Of a DNA stretch of 64,000 bases, positions 11,846 to 21,955 are shown piece after piece. Origin of the DNA: Prorocentrum cordatum (taxonomy: Eukaryota); NCBI GenBank assembly GCA_963575745.1, contig CAUYUJ010000270.1, positions 434,001-498,000 of the forward strand, read 5' to 3'. Position numbers and translations under genes: made by a program. Each line of letters begins with the position of its first letter. Position 1 is the first letter of the stretch. Under the pieces are notes generated by a model. The model was not told where the DNA came from. It ran no database searches and worked only from the letters and a program-made list of their open reading frames with translations.

Positions 11846-12990
11846 CTCCTGCCGCCCTTGGCGGCTGCAGGGCGGCCTTGCGCCCCATCAGCACGTCGTC
11901 GAGAACGGCCGCGCACTTCTTCACGTGGTCGAGGGCGTGAGGCACGAGCATCGCGAGCATGTTCTGAACCTTTCCGATCTTGGTATACCGACGAAAAGAG
12001 CTCTCGGTCTGCCACCTGCCGCGGGCCATAACCGTGGCCCTGTCCCGGCGCTTCCCGACGAGGTCGTGGGCGGCACCTCCGTGCCGGCACTGGCGCAGCG
12101 ACAGGCGGTCGCGAAGTCCGAGGTCGAGAGCAGCTTCGTTCATCAATTCGTTCACCTCCTTCAGCTGGAAGTCGAACATGAAGGCGCCCCTTGCTTTGCC
12201 CCGGGCTCGCCTGTGCAGCGCCGCCCCGAGGTTGGGCAAGTGCCCCTGGTCGAGGATGAGGCTGTTGTCGGATGCCCCGACCTTGTCTGGCACCTTCTCG
12301 TCGGACCCCCTGATGATCACCGTGTCGTGGCGGAATCCCTGCCCCGCTCCTGCCACCGGCGGGGCCACGTCCTTCGCGCGAATGCTCAGCCCCTCCGAGG
12401 GCCTCAGGTAGCATGCGAAACGCACCACCAGGTACAGCGCCATGTCCTGCCTTCCCTGATGCGCCAAGTGCATCGCCAGCGCCGACAGGGTGACCCACGG
12501 CAGCGGCAGCAGGCTGGTGGGCGGAGCGACCTTCCTCCATCCCTTCAACGCCCTCTGGGCCCGCACCAGCGACCAGATCTGGCCGCTCTTCGCGTGGGCC
12601 ACTGCAAACTGCACGGCCGCGATGGTCTTCTCCGCGAGCGAGGGGCCGTGCCCGTCCAAGAACTTCACGTCGAAGTAGTCCACGAGCAGCAAGTCGGTCT
12701 GCGCCGAGATGGCCGTGGGCAACCCGTTCTCCATGCAGAAGTCCCTGAACTCCTTCAGGTAGAAGTCGTAATCTTGATTCACTGTGGCCGAGACGCTGCG
12801 CTCCTCCAGGCGAGACTTCATGCCCCGCCACGCCGGCAGCTTCCCCTTCGGGTCGAGCGCCTCTTCGGCCTTCCTCTTGTGCGACGTCAGGTCGACCGCC
12901 GCCCGAGTCCCCAAGGGGGGCGGGGGGCGACGGTCCTCCTGGGCCTCCGTCAGCGCCGTCAGCAGGCGCTTCTCCTTGGGAGACATGTGG
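11763..12990 (-). CDS. Tyrosine recombinase (start uncertain; the ORF track extends to 13451)
   Basis: YLRPSE (R), DKVG (K), RQCRHGGA, RGRW and RRY catalytic signature. Confidence 0.9.
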
Positions 12991-13169
12991 CGGTTGTGCT
13001 CCTCCTCGCCAGCGCTCCAACCCCGGAGGCTCCGGGGGCCAGTCGGCGCCGACGCCGGCGCACGGGAGAGGGTCCCAGCTGCCTGCTTCCTGCCGATCAG
13101 CTGCCTCTCCTCGCTCTCGCGCGGCAGCAGCGCGGGCCCGGCGGCGAGCGTCCGCCCGCTCCTCACGGC

Positions 13170-15300
13170 GCGAGGGTTGGTCTGCAACATTGAACTCGCT
13201 GGGCACCCAGCGCGGCCGAAGGCGACTGTTGGTGGCGAGCAAAAGGGCACCCGCCTGCTGGCATACTCTGAGTAAATCATATGAGCACGCGCGGCCCTTG
13301 GACAGCGCGAAGCACAACCCCATGCTATCGACGAGCAACAAATGCCGCTTTCCAAAATTACGGTGAGCCCGATAAAGACGTCTTGGCGCCAAGATGACCG
13401 TCCTACCTTCCTTGATCGTGATATGTTCGTCCAGGAACTTCCAGGTACCATGCAAGACGACGTCCCAGGAATCCTGCTTCATGAGACCTAAAGGTGCCTC
13501 GGGGAAATCGGGGTCCTCGGCGCACTTGAAAAAGCCCCAATCTCCAGCATCGCCCCAGAGGCCCTCCTTGGAGACCCCGGGGGCCCAGACGCACCCAGCG
13601 GAAGCGAGGTCCTCTTGGGGGTCCAACCCTAGGGAGCGAGACCTTGGGGCCCACTGGTCGGGCGCGAGTCTTTTGAAACGCCGCCTCTCATTCCACCTCC
13701 CGATCCTTCGGGCGCTCTCCGCATCAAGATCGCGCTGGCGAACTCCGTGCCCCGTCGGCGAGGCATCGGTGCACGTGACAGCGGGATTCCACCCCTGACG
13801 AAGATCAGCGACGGCGAGTGGCAGAAGACCAGACACAATACGACACTCTTTGCAGCAGCTCGGCCGGAGACGTTCGGGCTCGCAGCTCTGCGCCACGAAG
13901 TCATACAAGTGCCGCAAGACTGGGGGCGTGCTTCGATTCAACATAGCGATATACATGTAGTGCCCGATGAGCCTCTGAACGGTTTTTGCGGATACCACGG
14001 GCCCAGTACTCAACCAGTCAAACACCACGATCAACTTCCAAAGCTTGTCGGGGCCCGGGCTGAGAGTACCAGCATCCCCATGTAGAACCAAGCCCAGCAC
14101 GCGGGCGACGAGGGACGGTCCCGAGATGTCGTGTATGGTGAAGCCGTCCTGTTCCATGTCTCGCTGAACATCATCGCGCAGCTCGCCAGCTAGCTTGCAC
14201 GAAAAGGCGCCCGCATTCAAATTATCACAGTACGCCATGTAGACGCGCTCGCCTGCCTGCATGCTCGGGACGGGGTGCCCGTCCACTAGAACGAACTTAT
14301 CCGAGACCTCCCTATGTGCAACTTGCATGTGAAATTCTTGGACCAACCAGAACGACCAGGTAAAACCCATGGGCAGGACAGTCAAGCACATCGATACCTT
14401 CTCGTCCAATCCGACATCACTCAATAACTCCCCCGGTGCACCGGCTTCCAGAAGATCCCCGACGACGGCATCAACCTCGAACGCGAAGAAATCTGAAAGC
14501 TCATCGGAGACCCCGCACTCGTAGAAACAGTCCTTGATGCCACCCTCAGCCCAATACAGGGCCTGACCTACTGGGATCTCCAGGTCACTCAAAGAACTTA
14601 AACCACCTAGCTCTGTGTGCGGGGGAGGGGCGAACCTAAGATTACATTGGCGGCAGTCGAGAACCAAGCGTTGCACCCCCGACTTCTTTAGAACCGTGAA
14701 CGCCCCGATTCGAGCAGCAGGGCGCCGAGTGAACCTCGCAAGTCCCCGAGAGGCCATCCTGGAGGCAAAAGCCTTGAACCCCCAGGGGCTCTTCAAAAGC
14801 GGGTCCGTGTAGGGGGGCACTCGGACGAGACCGCTGCCCCGACGAGCATCTTGTCTTCAAAATTCCGAAGGCATTCCTGAGGCAAACCTACCAAGACTGA
14901 CTCCAATTCAACAGGCGAGCGCTCCGCGTCCAGAAACGAAAGTTTCTCCAAAACCATGGGGGCCCGGGGGCCCTGCCCCAGGTCCCCTGCGTAGTCATGC
15001 CGAAAAAACCCGAAGCTCCTGACGGGCCCCTGGGCGGGTGACACTCGGAGGCCTAGGGCCCAGCCCACGAGCGCGCCCCATCAGATGACCGAGAGCAGCG
15101 CGCTGGCACTGCGGCAACGTCATCAGGTCTGAGACGGCAGGAGGGGCGGGCGCATCACGGGCACCAAAGTACATCGAGTTGAGAGCGCCCACCGACTTGA
15201 TGACTGCAGCGGCCACGGCCCACCGACGTGTCCGGCGTCGCGTCGTCGAACGGCGCGCCCGTCGCAGGTCGCCTCGTCGCCCTTCGGCGAGTCGAGGCAA
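13170..15300 (-). pseudogene. DIRS-type reverse transcriptase-RNase H (frameshifted N-terminus; first catalytic Asp apparently mutated)
   Basis: RLVLDCR, (G)IKDCFY, LPMGFTWS, YCDNL; RNase H TDASPTG, TIKEG, LLVDS, RWVPSEFNVADQPSR. Confidence 0.9.
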
Positions 15301-15497
15301 AGGGGGTATATCGCGGTACCTGCTCGGGGCGTTCTCCCCCTCAGCAAAAGCGGCCTCGCTGCACGGCGCGGCCGCGACTCAGGACAGGCAGTCGCGGCGA
15401 GCGGGGCGGGTCGAAGCCCGCCCTCCACGCGCTGCACACAGGCTCTGGGGGGGCGCCGAGGTGCGGTCGAGCCAATCCGCGCCTCAGATCCTTCAGA

Positions 15498-16822
15498 CTA
15501 GCCAGCCCCAGCGGCGTCGGCGCCAGCCCCTCCGCCCCGGCCGCCGCGTCCGCGGCCGTGCCCAGGTGCAAGCGAGCGCGCTTCCGCCGCCTTGCGCTTC
15601 TCCTTCGAGATGGCCGCCTCAGCCCGCAGCCGGTCCGACGCATGGGCCGTCAGCGCGGGTGACACCAGCTCTCCCCCAGCTCGCATCCCGTCGCCCATGA
15701 AATGACCTGCTCCCTCGTAGCTCGGAGCACTCGGGTTGGCGTGGTGGGCGTCGGCGATCAACTGGCGCCTGCGGGCCACGGCCCCCATACACGCGAGGTT
15801 CATCACGTTGGGCCCGTCGTGCGTCACCGCGAGCTCCTGCGCCGGCGCCAGGTTAGCATCCTCGTGGACTGAGCGATCTCCATCCGGTATCTTTGCCTCC
15901 GAGAGCCACTTCGAGTGCTGCGCCCGTGGCCCTTCAGCCAACTTGATCATCTCGCGGCACATCCACTCCGTAGTCCGAGGGCCGCTCGGTGGCCAGTCGT
16001 CGAACTCCGTCATGGTCATCTCCTGCACCGACTGCCTGAACTCACGCCTTCGGGCCCGTCGGGCCCGTACCTCACCGACAGCGTCCGCACACCGTCACCG
16101 ACCGCCTGGTCCTGCCCATGCGTCGCCGTAGCTGCACGGCACCACTTGATCCGCTCCTCGCAGAACGTGTCGATCTCCGCCTGGTAGTTATTCAACTGCT
16201 TGACCAGAACGGGCCGCGGGATCTGCATGTTCGGCAGCACCATGGGTCCGTATCCGTTCGCCTGGGCCGCGCCTGCGGGCATCGTGACGATCTCGCCGAT
16301 GCTATGGCCGTCCACGTGCTCCGCGAGCACCCACGCGACGGCAGGGGCCGCTGGCCCAGCGCCGCCCGCAGCGGCGCCTGCCCCGCGCCCGGCTGGGCCG
16401 CCCGCGACAACCGCGAATCCCCCTCCGCCGCGGAGGGCGACGACGCCGACCGCCTCGGCCAGCAGCTGGTCCACCTCCGCGTCGGTCAGCGGCTGCTGGA
16501 AGCGGTACAGGCGCGCTCCACCCAGCCCGAGCGGCAGCTCCCCGTTGTCACCGAGGAACCTCACCATCTCGAACACGTTCTGATCACTCATGTCCTCGCC
16601 GTACACATCGAAGTCTGGGGTCGCAATCGTGACGAGCCCTCCTACCATATCATTCAGGAAGACCCGCTCGTGTGACAGGTCCTCGCCCGCGCCCGCGTAT
16701 TTCACCAAAGCCCGTCGAAGCGTCGCTCCCCCTGGTCCCGTCGGCAAGGGCCACCCGTCCGCTCCCCGGACTCGAGGACCTGGAGGAGCTGGTGGCCCGA
16801 CTGGAAGCCCAACTAGCGTCAT
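15498..16822 (-). pseudogene. Gag-like ORF1 of the YR element, split by a frameshift near 16020
   Basis: Two abutting ORFs (16016-16822, 15498-16028) upstream of RT; HERVFL..TPDFDVY and NLACMGAVARRRQLI motifs. Confidence 0.65.
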
Positions 16823-17123
16823 ACCGAACGCACGTGACGGTCACCTGCACGACAGAGAAAAACAGGCAGACCACTGCACACGCAATGAGCTGCCAAGCCT
16901 GGTGACCCCCGCCGCTGGGAGCCGACACCGCCTCACACTGACAGTGGCAGTGGCAGATCGGTTCCGGGATGTCTGGGCACCTGACCTCCGCCCTTCCCGC
17001 CGCCCGTGCGGCCTCCGCGGCGTCCGAGAAGACGCCCCGCAGCACCCAGGCCGAGAAGGCGGTGACCACGCTGCTGGTCGCGACCTGCACCGACGCGGTC
17101 GAGGCAAGGAAACCCCAAATCAT
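16650..17123 (-). CDS. Small predicted membrane protein (ORF0) of the YR element
   Basis: ATG just inside repeat A1; hydrophobic N-terminus, CHCHCQC motif, second hydrophobic segment WQLIACAVVCLFFSVVQVTV, basic RGRGRG tail. Confidence 0.55.
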   Translation of the reverse strand: MIWGFLASTASVQVATSSVVTAFSAWVLRGVFSDAAEAARAAGRAEVRCPDIPEPICHCHCQCEAVSAPSGGGHQAWQLIACAVVCLFFSVVQVTVTCVRYDASWASSRATSSSRSSSPGSGRVALADGTRGSDASTGFGEIRGRGRGPVTRAGLPE

Positions 17124-17154
17124 CAACCGCGGGGACGGTCCGTGCGCTCCTGTT

Positions 17155-17227
17155 GCGCAGCAAAAAACCTTGAGGGTTGACAACGGCCGCGGGGAGGCAC
17201 GATCAATGCTGTGCACCGCATTCTCAT
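17155..17227 (-). repeat. Split direct repeat A1 (5' terminal)
   Basis: Matches 10806-10877. Confidence 0.95.
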
Positions 17228-17658
17228 CATCATGAGCAGCATCAGCATCATAAGCAGACGCAGCATCAATAACATCAGGATCATCACCATCATCAGCAGC
17301 ATCCGCATCATCATCAGAATCATCATCATCCTCATCAGCATCATCATCCTCACCACCATCATCATCACCATCACCCTCACCATCGTCATTACCACCACCA
17401 TTTCCATCACCATCCCCATCATCATCGCCTCCTCCTCCGCCTCCTCATCATCAGCATCAGGATCAGCATCAGCGTCAACATCAACATTAGCATCAGCACC
17501 ATCATCACCGTCAACACAGTCAACATCATCCTCGTCGTCGTCGTCATCGTCGTCATCAGCATCACCCTCACTGTCATCATCATCACCACCATCATCACCA
17601 GCATCAGCACCAGCATCAGCAGCATCATCATCATCATCAGCATCAGCATCATCGCCAA

Positions 17659-17743
<85 letters not shown>

Positions 17744-17745
17744 TT
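17228..17745 (+). repeat. (CAT)n microsatellite; right flank of the YR element
   Basis: Direct inspection. Confidence 0.95.
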
Positions 17746-17949
17746 CGTGCTGCTTCTCTTCTCCCTTCTTGTCTCCTCTCCATCTCGAACGCGTCCTCCA
17801 TCCACCTACATCCTCCCTCCTCAGCCGTTCCTCAAGAGGTCAAGGTTAAGTCTGCATGCCCGCGACGGGGCCGACGCTCAAGGCACAAGCGGGGGAACAC
17901 AAATCCGGGCGAAAAAACCAACAGAATGCAATTGCGAGTACCGCATCGT

Positions 17950-18570
17950 TGATACCACTTGGGCGGAGCTCACAATGATGCCACGAAACGTGTGAGCGGC
18001 GTGCAAATATGGGGCGGAACCGCCTGCGAACCCGCCAACCGGGGCCTTCGGTGGAGCTCCCTTTGGGGTCACGAAACTTGTGAAGTGTGTGCCGAAATGG
18101 GTGCGGGACCGCCATGCGGACAGTGCCGCTGGGGCCTTCGGTGAAGCTTCCTATGGAGCCATGAAGCGTGCAAGGAGTGTGAAGAGTCGGGCGCGGGGCC
18201 GTCACGCGAACGCAGCCACTGGGGCCGTCGTTGGAGCTCCCTGTGGGGCCACGAATCGTGTGAGGGGTGTGCCGAGATAGGTGCAGGGCCACCATGCGAA
18301 CGCAGCCTCTGGGGCCTTCGGTGGAGCTCTCTATGGGGCCACGACGCGTGTGAGAGCTGTGCCAACATGGAGATGCGGAAGGCAGAGGCAGGCATGGGCC
18401 TGGGGGAACAGCAGGAGCAGGAGGAGGGAGGAGTGAGGAGGGGGAGGACGGAGGAGGAGGGGAGGAGAGGAGAGGAGAGGAGAGGAGAGGAGAGGAGAGG
18501 AGAGGAGAGGAGAGGACGCGGGGCGCCGTCTCTTCAAAACGAAGACGCAACACCACGCGATGGTTGGGAA
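17950..18570 (+). repeat. 90-bp tandem array (~4.7 copies), (GAGAG)n and a terminal hairpin motif
   Basis: GGGGCCTTCGGTGGAGCTCC units at 18041, 18131, 18221 and 18311 (period 90). Confidence 0.9.
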
Positions 18571-19145
18571 AGACAGGCAACCATTCACCGACGGAAATCT
18601 CACAACATTGATTTCAAAGATTGTGCGCATTCGGCCGTCACCCTCCAGTCACCCATCCAAAACTCGTTGCATTACGATGGGGCGATCATCTATCGGCAGA
18701 CACGCCGGCGGCGTGCCCGACGAAGTTCCAGGATGGGCGCGACACTGCATCCGATCGGCGCAACCAGGCTTCCACCTGGTGGGGGCAATGGGGCCAATCC
18801 GCCACATGAGACTGTACGCGCTCGGCACAGGAGCGTTCCTCCTCGCAAAGAAGGGCCAACACGCCAAACAACGCCGAACCACACCGGTACGGCGGCTTCA
18901 CGCAGAAGTGACGACGGCGTTGGTTCCTTGTTCCGAGTGGAGCGGTCAATCTTGAGCAGGTCGCAGCTCTCCGATAATCGATCGATGCATTTGTCGGCTG
19001 AATCCAAGCCAGTGGCGGCATTCAATTTTGAACGCTCGAGCTAGGGCCGCCGCCGCGTCGACGCGGTGCGAAACTGCCGCAGAAAGAAATACGTGGCGAA
19101 CAGACAGCTTTGACAGCAGCCCCAGGACACCAGATCCAGCGTATC

Positions 19146-19198
19146 CTGGGCGGCTTCTGGTTGGGAGGCCTCGACCGCTGCGAAGCCTCCATCATGTC
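19146..19198 (-). CDS. Candidate exon D of host gene (DMMEASQRSRPPNQKPP)
   Basis: Pyrimidine tract plus CCGAG|G acceptor; AG|GA donor; phase 0 to phase 2. Confidence 0.55.
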
Positions 19199-19744
19199 CT
19201 CGGAGGGCGCGAGACAGAGACAGAGAGATAGAGGCACTCATACAGGCAGGGAAAATCCTAGTACTCCTCCTCCTCCTTCCCTTTCCCTAATAACCAAATC
19301 CTCCCTCTCGCTCCCCTAGAGGTGTCGGGCCATTTCACCTGAGAAGCTCTCACCAAACCTCTGAGCGCAGGTGTTATGACAAGCCCTTCTCGTCCCTCTT
19401 CCAAGACCCAAGACCTCCCCTCCTCGGCCGGGGTTCCCCACCTCAATCAGTGTCTAGGCCCCCCCCCCACCTTTCCGCGAAGAGTTCGTTAGAGCGTCCA
19501 AGGTGACCCCAAATGGCTCCAAGAGCGCCTTTCGTGGTCCAAGATGGCCCCCAAGATGGCCCCCAACGTAGCCGACGATCACTCAAGATAGCCTTCGCTT
19601 ACCTCTAAGATGCCCCAAGATGGCCCCAAGATGGATCCAAATGCCCCCAGATCCCCCCAAGGACCCACCAAGAGGTCAACATTGTAATTATGCTAATTCG
19701 AGTGAGGGGCCGAACGGCCATTCACTGTCCATGGGCGCGTGGCT

Positions 19745-19890
19745 GAAATGAGGTGTTGCGATGCGGGTTGTTGTTGTTGGTTTTGGTATTGCTGTTGTTG
19801 TTGTTGTTGTTGTGGTTGATGTTGTTGTTAGTGTTGGTGTTGGTGTTGATGTTGTTGTTGTTGTTGATGCTGATGTTGTTGATGTTGTTA
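19745..19890 (+). repeat. (GTT)n microsatellite preceded by a conserved dispersed motif
   Basis: AACGGYCATTCACTRTCCATGGGCGCGTGGCTGAA at ~19714 and ~40368; degenerate copy at ~3360. Confidence 0.85.
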
Positions 19891-19909
19891 CCCCCTTTTG
19901 CTGGCGCTG

Positions 19910-20585
19910 GTATACACGGAATACTACATGCCGATTGCCCCGTGTAGGTGACTACTATTCCGTGCATCGGGTACACGGAATAATAAGAGTCTATCACTCC
20001 GAATCTAAATCATACAAAACGCATGCTATTCCGTTTATCAAATACACAGAACAATAGCGGCTTCGTACTCCGTATATACGGAATAAAAAAAGAACTATTA
20101 TTCCGTTGCCCAAATACACGGAATAATTCAGTCTTACTACTCCGCTTATACGAAACAGGCATGTACTATTCCGTGTATCGGATACACGGAATAATAAAGG
20201 CATCGTACTCAGAAATAATAATAATAATAATAAGAACTATTACGTGTATCGGATGTAATGAGCACGAACTGCCCATTACTCCGTGTATACGGAATAATGA
20301 ACGCCAGCTGTTCCGTTTCTCGGGTACACGGAACAAAAGGGGCACAATTTGCCGCGCATGCGGAAACAACACGCGCCTGATATTCCGTGTATCGGACACA
20401 CACGCACACGGACAATTGCGGCCTATTGCTCCGCGTATACGGGAAGAAATGCGCCTTCTACTCCGTGTATCGGATACAATATATATGGAAATGTATATAT
20501 TTATATATACACACAACAGACTATTACTCCGTGTGTGCGGAATAATGAGCGGCTTCTGTTCCGCGGGCCGGGCACGCGGAACAAA
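19910..20585. repeat. Array of ~12 imperfect palindromes TATTCCGTGTATC-N-GATACACGGAATA
   Basis: Perfect copy at 20167-20193; variants near 19956, 20027, 20066, 20098, 20277, 20309, 20525 and 20557. Confidence 0.85.
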
Positions 20586-20589
20586 AGGA

Positions 20590-20863
20590 AATCCCACCAG
20601 CCCTCTGGGCGTCGGTGGTCTAGAGAGTTTCCTATTCCAACCCTCTTTTTCCCCTTCGGGGAGGGGTTATCACTGTTCCCTATTAATAAACACCCCCTCC
20701 CCCAGGCGACTGGGGGCCAACCCGAGTCCATGCCGACACCCCCCACCATCCCTTGTAACAAACAATACAAAACACACTCTGCCTCCAAATTCGGAACAGG
20801 CGCAGCCAACCCGATGCGGCCCCCCCACACCATCCCTGTGCAAAAAACAATACAGAGTACACT

Positions 20864-20903
<40 letters not shown>

Positions 20904-21042
20904 TGCGGCGGGCGGCGGCGGCGGCGGCGGCGGCGCGGCTGCGGCGGCGGCGGCGGCGCGGCGGTGGCGGCGGCTGCAGCGGCGGTTTGGCAGCGGGGGC
21001 GGCGCGGCGGCGGCGGTGGCGGCGGTGGCGGCGGCGGCGGCA

Positions 21043-21077
<35 letters not shown>

Positions 21078-21670
21078 AGGCAGCGGCGGCGGCGGCGGAT
21101 TGGCCCCCAGTAGCTCCCCATCCCAAGACGACTGCTGAATATGCTGGGGCTCGGGCCAGACTCGGGTGCTACGTATGTGTTGGGAGAGCGGATAAAAGTG
21201 AACAAAACGGCTTGCGGGCGGGGAGCGGGTAACTTGACCCCTCCCCCTACCCCCTCCCCTGGACCTGGACGGGGGGGCCCGCGGGTCGTTGGGGCGTCCA
21301 AAATGGCGCAAGACGGCTCCAAGAGCGAAAACGCGAGAAAGCAAAAAAACATTGATGTCTCTTGGGTGGAATGATTTTTGCATCTTTTGGGGCCCAAGAG
21401 GCGATTCGAGGCACTCTAAAGGGGCAACGCTAATTGGCCACCCCCCTTCTTTGATAGATCTCCTCCAACATGGCCCCAATAACGCCCCGAAGGCTCCCAA
21501 AAACGCCCCAATAGCGCACCAAGAGGGCCCCGAGAGGCCCCAAGAGGCAACCCAGAGGCCTCCAAGAGGCTCCCAAAAGACCCCAAACAGGCCCCAAGAG
21601 GCTCCCCGAGATACGCAAGAGGCCCACGGGACCGCCAAGAGGCCCCAAAGACGGCCCAAGAGGCCCCCAA
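20590..21670 (+). repeat. Composite dispersed repeat (homolog at 54525-55080), interrupted by (GGC)n at 20864-21098
   Basis: Shared AATCCCACCAGCCCT..TCCCCTTCGGGGAGGGGTT, CCCCTCCCCCTACCCCCTCCCC and GGGGCARCGCTAATT..TTCTTTGAT, then a GGCCCCAAGA array. Confidence 0.8.
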
Positions 21671-21679
21671 GCTCGTCAT

Positions 21680-21955
21680 TGTCCTCTTCCTCCTCCTCCT
21701 CCTCCTCCTCCTTCCCCTCTTTTTCTTCCGCCTCCCTCCTCCCCCTCCCTTTCCTCCTCCTCCTCCTCCTCCTCCTCCTCCTCCTCCTCCTCCTCTTTCT
21801 CCTTCTCCTTCTCGCCCTCCACGTCCTCGCCCTCCTCCATCTCCTCCTCCTCATCTTCCTCCTCCTCCTCCTCCCCCTCCTCCTCCTGCTCCTCCTCCTG
21901 CTCCTCCTCTTCCTCCTCCTACTCCGACGACGACGAATCCTCCTACATCCTCCCC
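21680..21955 (+). repeat. (CCT)n microsatellite
   Basis: Direct inspection. Confidence 0.95.

Larger units (their letters stand above)
10590..17227 (-). mobile_element. Tyrosine-recombinase retrotransposon (DIRS order, Ngaro/PAT-like split direct repeats) carrying a C5-methyltransferase
   Basis: Minus-strand ORF0, gag-like, RT/RNase H, YR, MTase; repeats arranged A1...B1-A2-B2; flanked by (CAT)n on both sides. Confidence 0.93.

Noticed and set aside
11842..13170. C-terminal half of the 992-aa RT ORF as a real domain
   Set aside because: G/A/R/P-rich off-frame read-through over the recombinase ORF
11475..13193. 572-aa plus-strand ORF and other plus-strand ORFs over the retroelements
   Set aside because: Antisense shadows of GC3-rich minus-strand coding sequence
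19910..20585. CRISPR array
   Set aside because: Repeats are degenerate and of two lengths, spacers are short and irregular, no cas genes, eukaryotic context
20864..21098. Poly-Ala/Gly/Arg/Pro ORFs
   Set aside because: (GGC)n microsatellite
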